From contig DASSVO010000038.1 of assembly GCA_035706005.1 (NCBI GenBank), positions 1,192 to 65,191 of the forward strand: 64,000 bases of DNA, read 5' to 3'. The translations under genes and the position numbers were made by a program. This DNA is from Gaiellaceae bacterium (GTDB lineage Bacteria > Actinomycetota > Thermoleophilia > Gaiellales > Gaiellaceae). The notes beneath the pieces are model-generated. The model was given only the letters and a program-made list of their open reading frames with translations. It searched no databases and had not been told where the DNA came from. This document shows positions 18,739 to 26,114 of this stretch, piece by piece. Position 1 is the stretch's first letter, and every line of letters begins with the position of its first letter.

Positions 18739-19434
18739 ATGGCTCGGGCTGCACTCGTCACCGGCGGCTCGTCGGGCATCGGCCTCGCGATTGCACGGAT
18801 GCTCCGGGACGAAGGCTTCGACCTCACCCTCGTCTCGCGGACGCCCGAGAAGGTCGAAGCCACGGCCGCCGAGCTCGGCGCCGCAGCCGTCGCTGCGAAC
18901 GTCGCCGAGGCGGAGGACTGCGAGCGAATCGTCGCGGAGCACCGCGACCGCTACGGCCGCCTCGACGTGCTCGTCAACTCGGCCGGAGTCGGTGTCGGCG
19001 GCCGGGTCGAGGAGCTACCCGTGAAGCACCTCGACCTCCAGCTCGACGTCAACCTGCGCGGGCTCTTCCTCGTCACGCAGGCGGCGATCCCGCTCCTGCG
19101 GGAGTCCCGCGGATGGATCGTCAACCTCGCCTCGATCTCGGGCACCCTGCCGACCCCATGGCTCGCAACCTACGGCGCCACGAAGGCGGCCGTGATCGCG
19201 CTCACCCGGTCGCTCAACGAGGAGCTCGACGGCGACGGCGTCCGGGCCATCGCGCTCTGTCCCGGCTTCGTCGACACGGCGATGGCGCAGTGGTCGGGAA
19301 TCGAGCCGAGCGAGATGATCCGGCCCGAGGACTGCGCGGAGGTGGTGCGCATGTGTCTCCGGCTCAGCCCGACGGCGCGGATTCCGTCTGTCGTCGTCGA
19401 GCGGATGGGCTCCCGCAACGGGGACGTCCACTGA
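18739..19434 (+). CDS. SDR family oxidoreductase
   Basis: ATG 18739 (MARAALVTGGSSGIGLA). Contains the YGATKAAV catalytic motif. Confidence 0.85.
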   Translation: MARAALVTGGSSGIGLAIARMLRDEGFDLTLVSRTPEKVEATAAELGAAAVAANVAEAEDCERIVAEHRDRYGRLDVLVNSAGVGVGGRVEELPVKHLDLQLDVNLRGLFLVTQAAIPLLRESRGWIVNLASISGTLPTPWLATYGATKAAVIALTRSLNEELDGDGVRAIALCPGFVDTAMAQWSGIEPSEMIRPEDCAEVVRMCLRLSPTARIPSVVVERMGSRNGDVH

Positions 19435-19466
19435 TGCCGCACTCGGGGCCGCGACCAACTACCCAA

Positions 19467-19481
19467 GTAACAGCCTGTTAC
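19467..19481. promoter_or_regulatory. Perfect 15-bp palindrome GTAACAGCCTGTTAC
   Basis: Lies in the lower-GC convergent intergenic region. The 1-nt centre is too tight for an RNA hairpin, so a dimeric protein site is more likely. First of two copies. Confidence 0.45.
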
Positions 19482-19546
19482 TTAGTTGGACAGCGGCACG
19501 ATCGGACCTGTCCGGCGACTGGTCGCAAGCATCTCCAGGACAGCTT

Positions 19547-19561
19547 GTAACAGTCTGTTAC
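19547..19561. promoter_or_regulatory. Second copy of the palindrome, GTAACAGTCTGTTAC
   Basis: Lies 80 bp from the first copy. Both copies are followed by T(T)AG-N5-GACAG. Confidence 0.45.
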
Positions 19562-19615
19562 TAGCAAAGACAGGCCAGCCACGGCCATGCTGCGCCCCGT
19601 GTTCTTGCCGGCTCC

Positions 19616-21214
19616 CTACAACTCGCCGGGGGTGCGGATGATCTTCCAGATCATGTAGAGCCCGAGCACTCCGGCGAGGCAGAACCCGGCGACGCCGAGC
19701 CACTCGACCCGGTGCGCGTTCACGAGCAGCGACGAGGAGAGCAGTAGCGCTCCGACGATCATCGCCGCGCCGATCCTGTTCGCGATCGACCGGAGGTTGT
19801 GCTCGAGCTCGTCCAGGCCGGTCGGAGTGACGCCGATCGTCAGCGTGCCCTGCTCGAGCTCGGCCGCAAGATGCCCGACGCGGCCCGGCAGCCGGGAGAG
19901 CGGAGCCAGCTGCGTGAAGGCGTAGGCGGCGAGCCGGTTCGGCTCGAGTCGCCGCTCGGCCTCACGCGTCATCACCTCGAGCGACTGCTCCTCGATCAGG
20001 GCTATCGGATCGAGCTCGGGATCGAGCAGCCGCGCGATCGAGTCGGCCTGAGCGAGCGTCTTGCCGACGAGCGCGAACGAGGTGGGCAGCCGGATGTCGC
20101 GTTGGATCGCGGCCCGCTGCAGGTCTGCGAGCGCCTGGCCGGCCTCGATCGACGCGAGTGGACGGTGGTGGAAGCGAGGCAGCTTGCGCCGCACGTCCTG
20201 CACGAATCCAGCCTGGTCGGAGCGCGTCGAGGTGAGCGAGAGCGAGACGACGAGGTCGGCGACGTCGTCGGCTCGGTTCTGGGCGAGGGCGAGGAGGAGC
20301 AGCCCGAGGCCCGTGCGGGTGTCCTCGTCGAGCCTGCCGAGCAGCCCGAAGTCGAGCAGTGCCAGCCTCCCGTCCTCGGTCAGGAGGACGTTCCCGTGGT
20401 GCGGGTCGGCGTGGTAGACGCCCTCGACCACGACCTGGAACACGTAGGCGCGGAAGAACTCGCGTGCGAGCAGCGCGGCGCGTTCCGAGTCGAGCCCGTG
20501 CCCCGACTCGACCTTGCCGCCGGCGATCCGCTCCAGGACGAGGGCGCGCTCGGTCACGTACGGCCGGATCACACGCGGCACGACGAGCCCCTCGAACGGC
20601 TCGACGAGGCTCCGCACGAGCTCCGTGTTGTGCGCTTCCTCGAGGAAGTCGAGCTCGGCCCGGAGGTGAACCTCGAGCTCGTCCGCGAGCTCCTCGAGCT
20701 GAATCCGCTGCGCCGCCTCGAAGCGCCGCGCCGCGAAGCGCACGGTCGAGCGAAGCACCGCGAGGTCGAGGTCGACCTGCTCGACCACGCCTGGCCGCCG
20801 CACCTTGACGACGACGTCGTGTCCCGTGACCAGCAGTCCGCGATGCGTCTGCGCGATCGAGGCCGTGGCGAGCGGCTCCGGATCGAGGCTCACGAACGCG
20901 TCCTCGCCGAAGTCGGCCCGCACCACGGCCTCGATCTCCGCGAAGGGCACCGCGGGCACGGCGTCGACCAGCCGCCCGAGCTCCTCGATGTAGACGTCGG
21001 GCAGGAGGTCGGGACGCGACGAAAGGAGCTGCCCGAGCTTGATGAACGTCGTCCCGAGCTCCTCCAGGCCACAGCGAAACGCCCGCGCGGTCTCGCGCGT
21101 GGCCTCGCGGCGGCCGGTCACACCGATCTCGCCGAGGATCCGCCGCAGCCCACTCTGGTGTGCGACCCGCCCGACGGTCAGCGCGCGGCGAGCGCGCTCG
21201 AGTCGTGCACCCAC
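19616..21214 (-). CDS. ABC1/UbiB-family atypical kinase with C-terminal TM helices
   Basis: 532 aa: FIKLGQLLSSRPDLLP, ASIAQTHRG, HADPHHGNVLL, LDFGLLGRL. Confidence 0.85.
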   Translation of the reverse strand: MGARLERARRALTVGRVAHQSGLRRILGEIGVTGRREATRETARAFRCGLEELGTTFIKLGQLLSSRPDLLPDVYIEELGRLVDAVPAVPFAEIEAVVRADFGEDAFVSLDPEPLATASIAQTHRGLLVTGHDVVVKVRRPGVVEQVDLDLAVLRSTVRFAARRFEAAQRIQLEELADELEVHLRAELDFLEEAHNTELVRSLVEPFEGLVVPRVIRPYVTERALVLERIAGGKVESGHGLDSERAALLAREFFRAYVFQVVVEGVYHADPHHGNVLLTEDGRLALLDFGLLGRLDEDTRTGLGLLLLALAQNRADDVADLVVSLSLTSTRSDQAGFVQDVRRKLPRFHHRPLASIEAGQALADLQRAAIQRDIRLPTSFALVGKTLAQADSIARLLDPELDPIALIEEQSLEVMTREAERRLEPNRLAAYAFTQLAPLSRLPGRVGHLAAELEQGTLTIGVTPTGLDELEHNLRSIANRIGAAMIVGALLLSSSLLVNAHRVEWLGVAGFCLAGVLGLYMIWKIIRTPGEL

Positions 21215-21275
21215 GAGGGCGTCATCCCACCGTTAGCGACGTGGGAAACGCCGGTGCGGGTCGCCGCAGGGTTCC

Positions 21276-21383
21276 CTAGAAACCGCCCCCGCTGCTCATT
21301 CCGAAGCCGGGGTGACCGCAGGCCAGGATGAAGGCGAAGAGCGACGCGATGAACAAGAGAGAGATGAGCCGTGCTTTCGTCAA
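21276..21383 (-). CDS. 35-aa lipobox-like small secreted peptide ORF
   Basis: TTG 21383 lies 7 nt after GGAGG (the SD region reads AAAGGAGGTGAC) and 22 nt after the regulator stop. It translates (M)TKARLISLLFIASLFAFILAC|GHPGFGMSSGGGF. It is the 3' part of track ORF 21276..21461. Confidence 0.45.
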   Translation of the reverse strand: MTKARLISLLFIASLFAFILACGHPGFGMSSGGGF

Positions 21384-21405
21384 GTTGTCACCTCCTTTCC
21401 GGTGT

Positions 21406-22755
21406 CTAGAAGCGGACGTCCTGAAGTGCCTCTGCAGCCCTGCGATAGAGCTCGGCTGCACGTGCGTGATCCCCCTGGCGGGCAGCGAGGTCGCCGCGCG
21501 CCATCCAGGCTGCGGCGCGGTGACTGCCTGACCCCAGCGTGCCGAAGCAGGCTTCGGCGTCGCGGAACGCAGCCTCGGCCTCGTCGAGCCGGTCTTGCTC
21601 GAGCAGTGCCCGGCCGAGCACGAGCTGCGCGTTTCCCATCTCGTCGACGTAGTCGACCCGGCCGTCGAGCAGCTCGAGCGCGTGACGCGCCTGCTCCTCT
21701 GCCTGATCGACGTTGCCCGTGCGCAGATGAACCTGCGCGAGGGACGAGACGGCGCGCCCGGCGTCGGCGTCCTGGCCGGCCTCGAGCGCGATCGAGAACG
21801 CCTCCTTGAGCAGCTCGACGGCGTCCTCCGTGTTCCCGAGCAGGAAGTTGAGTCCGCCGAGGTTGTTAGTCAGCTGCCCGACGTGGACGCGGTCGGCGAG
21901 CGCCGCGTACGCCTCGCGGGCCCGCTCCGCGTAGTTGCGCGCGAGCACCCAGCGGCCCTCGCGGTCGGCGACGAGCGAAGCCTGGAAGTAGGCGGCGCCG
22001 ACGGTGCGGAGGTCGTCGACGGCGTGGGCAAGCTCGAGCGCACGCTCCACGTCCTCCTTCGCCGCCTCGTAGTCGCGCTGGATGAGCCAGCAGCGGGCGC
22101 GCCAGGAGAGGATGTTCGCCTTCAGCGCATCGCACGGCAGGCCCGAGCGCTCCGCGAGCGTGAACGCCTCGTTGAGCAGGCCCAGCGCGGTCTGGATGCT
22201 GTTGAGCTGGACGCGGCAGCCGCCGAGCCGGAGCAGCACGTCCGCCCGCTCGACGTCGGAGAATGCCTCGGCCTCCGAGATCGCGCGCGCCTCGTTGAGG
22301 AGCACGAGGGCGGTGCGGTGCTGGCCGATGCGCATCTTCGCGAGCCCGGCCCCGACCAACGCGCGCACCTGCAGCTCGGGCACCCCGGTCGCGCGGGCAG
22401 CCGCGGGGAGCGGCTCGAACGCATCCGCCGCCTCCTCGTCCTCCTGCGCCTCGTACAACGCCTCGGCACGCGTAAGGGCCCCTTCGAGCCTGGCGCGCTC
22501 GTCGGTCGCAACGCCGTTCGCGAGAAAGCCTGCGTCGACTCCGAGACGGCCGGCGAGCCACTTGATCGTCTCCGCGGTCGGCCGCGTCTTGCCGCGCTCG
22601 ATCTGCGAGACGTATTCCTTGGAGAAGCGATCGCCGGCGAGCTCGCTCTGCGTCAGCCCGGCGGCAACGCGCAGCTGGCGAAGCCGTTCACCGAGGCGAA
22701 CGCCCTCGGGGCTGGTCCTGCGAGTGGTGCGGCTGGCTGTCTCTCGGATCGGCAT
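21406..22755 (-). CDS. HTH-XRE + TPR transcriptional regulator
   Basis: 449 aa. LGERLRQLRVAAGLTQSELA...YVSQIERGKTRPT is an XRE-type HTH, followed by multiple TPR-like repeats. Confidence 0.85.
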   Translation of the reverse strand: MPIRETASRTTRRTSPEGVRLGERLRQLRVAAGLTQSELAGDRFSKEYVSQIERGKTRPTAETIKWLAGRLGVDAGFLANGVATDERARLEGALTRAEALYEAQEDEEAADAFEPLPAAARATGVPELQVRALVGAGLAKMRIGQHRTALVLLNEARAISEAEAFSDVERADVLLRLGGCRVQLNSIQTALGLLNEAFTLAERSGLPCDALKANILSWRARCWLIQRDYEAAKEDVERALELAHAVDDLRTVGAAYFQASLVADREGRWVLARNYAERAREAYAALADRVHVGQLTNNLGGLNFLLGNTEDAVELLKEAFSIALEAGQDADAGRAVSSLAQVHLRTGNVDQAEEQARHALELLDGRVDYVDEMGNAQLVLGRALLEQDRLDEAEAAFRDAEACFGTLGSGSHRAAAWMARGDLAARQGDHARAAELYRRAAEALQDVRF

Positions 22756-22887
22756 GTCTCGGCGCGCCTAGTCAAGCGCATACTTCACTGAAGCGCAAGT
22801 TCAGGGGCTTGAACATCCCCCATTCGAGCGTATCCATCGGGAAAGTCGGTCAACCATGCGAACTGCACAATCACTTGACCGAGCTAC

Positions 22888-22916
22888 TTGACGAGTGCCG
22901 CAACCGCTCCTATAGT
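22888..22916 (+). promoter_or_regulatory. Near-consensus sigma-70 promoter (TTGACG-17 nt-TATAGT)
   Basis: -35 box at 22888-22893 and -10 box at 22911-22916 with an exact 17-nt spacer. This stands out in a 70% GC background. Confidence 0.5.
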
Positions 22917-22920
22917 GAGC

Positions 22921-23085
22921 GCACCTTGCAACCAGGCCGGACGCCAGGCCGAGGTTCGCAGGGGGTGCGCCGGGGCTCCCGGTAAGGACGGAAGCGGATG
23001 GGCCGCAGATCCGCCTCCACAATCCCGCCGAGAGTGGCGCACCTCTCGAGAAGGCCCCGGAGCCGCAGCCGGGGCCTTTTCTTTT
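22921..23085 (+). ncRNA. Candidate orphan small RNA (about 165 nt, family unknown)
   Basis: Bounded by the promoter above and an intrinsic terminator. Predicted helices are GGTGCGCC (22964-22971) / GGCGCACC (23036-23043) and GGAAGCGGAT (22990-22999) / ATCCGCCTCC (23009-23018). There is no credible ORF and no downstream plus-strand gene. Confidence 0.4.
23053..23085 (+). terminator. Intrinsic terminator
   Basis: GGCCCCGG (23053-23060), an 8-nt loop, CCGGGGCC (23069-23076), then TTTTCTTTT. Confidence 0.65.
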
Positions 23086-23220
23086 GGGCGCCTCGCCCGC
23101 TTCGCTTGCCCGGGCGCGCGCGCTTCGCGCGCGGGCGCGGGCTGCGCTGTGCTTTCCGCTCGCGCCGTGTGCCGCGCCCCGCGCATGTCGGTGCGCGGCA
23201 CGGAGCGGCGAAGCTCTAGC

Positions 23221-23817
23221 TCAACCTTTTAGCCAGGCGAGGCGGGCGGTTCGGATTGCCTGGAGCTCTCCGTCGTCGAGGAGGCCCACTCTTCTGCCGA
23301 CCATGCCGAGGATGCCGCCCGCGAGCATGATCCATGCCTCCGAGTCGGCGTCGCGCTCGCCGGCGATTGCTCCCTGCGTCTGGCCGCGGCGGATGAGGTC
23401 TGCGACGAAGTCGTGCACCTCGCGCATGTGGCGGCGCAGATGGCGGCGCAGGTCCGGGTCCTCCGAGGCCTCGCTCAGCGCCTGTACCCACAGCTCCGCG
23501 AGCTGGAGCTTCGGCGACCGGACCGACACGTGCCCCTTGCCGATCGCTTCGACGGCCGCGCACGCGTCGGGAGCCTCGTCGAGCGTCCGCTCCCAGGTTT
23601 CCCGGGTTTTCGCCCAGACGTGCTCGAGCGCCGCGAGGTAGAGGTCGCGCTTCGACGCGAAGTGGCGGTAGAGGATCGGCTCCGAGACGCCGGCGGCGCG
23701 CGCGATCTCCGCGGTCGTCGTGCCGTGGTAGCTCCCGTCGGTGAAGAGGCGGATCGCGGTCTCGACGAGATGCCGCCGCCGGTCGGCCGCCGCCATCCGC
23801 GGCGCCGCAGCTGTCAT
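23221..23817 (-). CDS. TetR/AcrR family regulator
   Basis: ATG 23817 overlaps the MFS stop (ATGA). The HTH reads TTTAEIARAAGVSEPILYRHFASKRDLY. Confidence 0.9.
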   Translation of the reverse strand: MTAAAPRMAAADRRRHLVETAIRLFTDGSYHGTTTAEIARAAGVSEPILYRHFASKRDLYLAALEHVWAKTRETWERTLDEAPDACAAVEAIGKGHVSVRSPKLQLAELWVQALSEASEDPDLRRHLRRHMREVHDFVADLIRRGQTQGAIAGERDADSEAWIMLAGGILGMVGRRVGLLDDGELQAIRTARLAWLKG

Positions 23818-25262
23818 GCCGCCATCTCCGCGAGGTGCTCCCGCACTACCTCGGGCCGCGTCCGCACGAGAACGATCGCAAGCGCAGCCGCGACGAACGT
23901 GATCGCTGCTCCGACCGCGAAGCCTGCGTGGAGGCCGTTGACGAAGTCCTGGGCGGCCGCCGGGCTCTGCGTCGGATGACGCTGGTACGCGGCGACGATC
24001 GCGCCCATCAACGCAATTCCGAGCGAGCCACCGACCTGGCGGAAGCTGTTGAGGACACCCGATCCCACCCCGGCCTTGTCGACCGGCACCGCCGCCATCG
24101 CCGCAGCGGTCATCGGCGACATCGTCATCGCCATCCCGACACCGCCGAGGAGCATCTGTGGCAGCAGCGTCCAGAAGTCGGAATGGACCGTGACGCGCTC
24201 GTAGAGCAGGAGCGAGATACCGACGAGCGTCATCCCGCCGCCCATCAGCCAGCGCGAGCCGAGGCGGTCCGAGAGCCTCCCCGCGAGCGGCGCGACGACG
24301 ATGATCAAGGTCGTCATCGGCAAGAACATCGCGCCCGCCTGGATCGCCGAGTAGCCGAGGATGCTCTGCACGTACAGGGACACGAAGAAGAAGACGCCGA
24401 ACATCGCGAGCGAGACGAGCATCGCCACGAGGTTCGCGCCCGTAAACGCGCCGATCCGGAATAGCGACAGGTCGAGCATCGCCAGGCGTTGCCGGAACTC
24501 GACGAGCACGAAGGCCCCGAGCAGAACCGCTGCCACGACGAAGAGGCCGAGGATCTCGGGCGAGGTCCACCCGTGACCGTTGCCCTCGATGAGAGCGTAG
24601 CTCAGCGCGAAGAGAAATCCGATCGACGTGACGAGCCCCGGAAGGTCGATGCTCTGCTCGGCAGACGTGTCGCGCGACTCGCGGATGACGAGCTGCGAGA
24701 CGAGGATGGCGAGCGCGCCGACCGGGACGTTGACGAAGAAGATCCAGTTCCAGTTCAACTTCTCGGCGATCAAGCCGCCGACGAGCGGGCCGATGGCGAG
24801 CGCGAGCGCCGATACGCCCGCCCAGATTCCGATCGCCTGCCCGCGCTGTCGCGGTGGGAAGGTGGCGGTGATGATCGAGAGCGTCGCCGGGTTCATGAGC
24901 GCGGCGCCGACGCCCTGCACCGCGCGCGCGCCGATGAGGAAGCCGGCGCTGGGAGCGAGGCCGCAGGCAAGCGACGAGAGCGTGAAGATCGCAAGGCCGA
25001 GCACGAAGATGCGCCGGCGGCCGTAGAGATCCGCGAGCTTGCCGCCGGTGATCAGGAGCGCCGCGAACGTCAGCGCGTACGCGGTGACGATCCACTCGAG
25101 CGACGACACCGACATGTGGAGGTCGCTCTTGATCGTCTGCAGCGCGACGTTCACGACCGTGTTGTCGAGCATGATCATGAAGAGGCCGAACGCGACCGCG
25201 AACAGCGTCCACCACTTCCGGTTCTCCTCTGCCGCCAGCGCGGCCAGCATCCTCGCTCTCAC
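23814..25262 (-). CDS. MFS transporter, DHA2 (EmrB/QacA-like, 14-TMS)
   Basis: 482 aa: LDNTVVNVALQTI, GKLADLYGRRR and many TM segments. GTG start. Confidence 0.9.
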   Translation of the reverse strand: MRARMLAALAAEENRKWWTLFAVAFGLFMIMLDNTVVNVALQTIKSDLHMSVSSLEWIVTAYALTFAALLITGGKLADLYGRRRIFVLGLAIFTLSSLACGLAPSAGFLIGARAVQGVGAALMNPATLSIITATFPPRQRGQAIGIWAGVSALALAIGPLVGGLIAEKLNWNWIFFVNVPVGALAILVSQLVIRESRDTSAEQSIDLPGLVTSIGFLFALSYALIEGNGHGWTSPEILGLFVVAAVLLGAFVLVEFRQRLAMLDLSLFRIGAFTGANLVAMLVSLAMFGVFFFVSLYVQSILGYSAIQAGAMFLPMTTLIIVVAPLAGRLSDRLGSRWLMGGGMTLVGISLLLYERVTVHSDFWTLLPQMLLGGVGMAMTMSPMTAAAMAAVPVDKAGVGSGVLNSFRQVGGSLGIALMGAIVAAYQRHPTQSPAAAQDFVNGLHAGFAVGAAITFVAAALAIVLVRTRPEVVREHLAEMAA

Positions 25263-25282
25263 GCACTCTCCCTCGTCCCGAA

Positions 25283-25313
25283 GTTAGCGTGCACTAGGTT
25301 AGCGGTCGCTAAC
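25283..25313. promoter_or_regulatory. Candidate TetR operator
   Basis: Half-site GTTAGCG at 25283-25289, plus the perfect palindrome GTTAGCG-GT-CGCTAAC at 25298-25313. Lies in the 77-bp divergent region between the MFS-TetR operon and the SDR gene. Confidence 0.5.
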
Positions 25314-25339
25314 TTGCCTCGGCAAACTAGAGTTGCGCC

Positions 25340-26089
25340 GTGATCGAGCTGGCGGGGCAGCGAGGGTTCGTCACCGGAGGCGGCCGCGGTGTCGGCGAGA
25401 GCATCGCCCGCGAGCTCGCGGCGGCAGGGATGGAGGTCGCCGTCAGTGGGCGCACCGCCGAGCAGGTCGAAGTCGTCGCCGCGGCGACCGGCGGCCACGC
25501 GCTCGTCGGCGACGTGACCGCGCGCGAGGACGTCGAGCGTTGGTTCGCCGAGGCCGGCCCGATCGATCTCCTGGTCGCGAACGCGGGGACCGGCAATGCC
25601 GGCGGGCCTCCCTGGGAGGTCGACCTGGACGACTGGTGGAGGACGCACGAGGTGAACGTCCTCGGCGTCCATCTCTGCTGTCGCGCGGCCATCCCGGGCA
25701 TGCTCGAGCGAGGATCCGGCCGGATCGTGATCGTCGGCAGCGGCTCGGCGTACCTGCCGGGGGCGAGCGAGACCGCGTACACCTCCTCGAAGGCCGCCGT
25801 CTGCCGCTACGGCGAGACGCTCGCGAACGCGCTGCGCGACCGGATTCCGGTGTTCGTGATCAGCCCGGGCCTCGTGAAGACCGCGATGACCGGCGCCTTC
25901 CCGGACGATGCGCCGTGGACGCCGCCCGAGTGCGCGCCCCAACTGGTGCGAGCGCTCGCGTCGGGAGAGTTCGATGCTCTCGCCGGCCGGTATATCCACG
26001 CCGAGCACGACCCGCCCGAGTCTCTCCGGGGCAGGATCGACGAGATCCTCGAGCACGACTGGAACGCGATTCGGCTGCGGCGTCCGTAG
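25340..26089 (+). CDS. SDR family oxidoreductase
   Basis: GTG start. Contains VTGGGRGVGESIA and YTSSKAAV. Confidence 0.85.
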   Translation: MIELAGQRGFVTGGGRGVGESIARELAAAGMEVAVSGRTAEQVEVVAAATGGHALVGDVTAREDVERWFAEAGPIDLLVANAGTGNAGGPPWEVDLDDWWRTHEVNVLGVHLCCRAAIPGMLERGSGRIVIVGSGSAYLPGASETAYTSSKAAVCRYGETLANALRDRIPVFVISPGLVKTAMTGAFPDDAPWTPPECAPQLVRALASGEFDALAGRYIHAEHDPPESLRGRIDEILEHDWNAIRLRRP

Positions 26090-26114
26090 GTTTTCGCCTG
26101 TTAGGCTGAAACCT

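Noticed and set aside
15030-19550. 1506-aa plus-strand ORF, the longest in the track
   Set aside because: The translation is Arg/Ala/Pro/Gly-rich with no motifs. It runs through or antisense to five well-supported genes (VOC, PAC2, ctaA, selD, SDR). This is a typical high-GC shadow ORF.
19482-19703. 73-aa minus-strand ORF across the palindrome region
   Set aside because: Its composition is Arg/His/Pro-rich, it overlaps the 3' end of the ABC1 kinase gene, and I see no ribosome-binding site.
22921-23085. Assigning the orphan RNA to SRP RNA, 6S RNA, tRNA-Sec or a riboswitch
   Set aside because: It lacks the GGAA-tetraloop/AGCA helix-8 motif. The 5' and 3' ends do not pair as in the 6S rod. There is no cloverleaf or GGTTCGA-type T-loop with flanking stems. 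No plus-strand gene lies downstream for a riboswitch to control. I left it unclassified.
23086-23220. GC-rich hairpins (CGCGCGC-GCTTC-GCGCGCG; GTGCCGCGC...GCGCGGCAC) as a separate element
   Set aside because: They lie directly downstream of the TetR stop on the minus strand. They are most simply read as that operon's terminator region, with nothing further distinctive.
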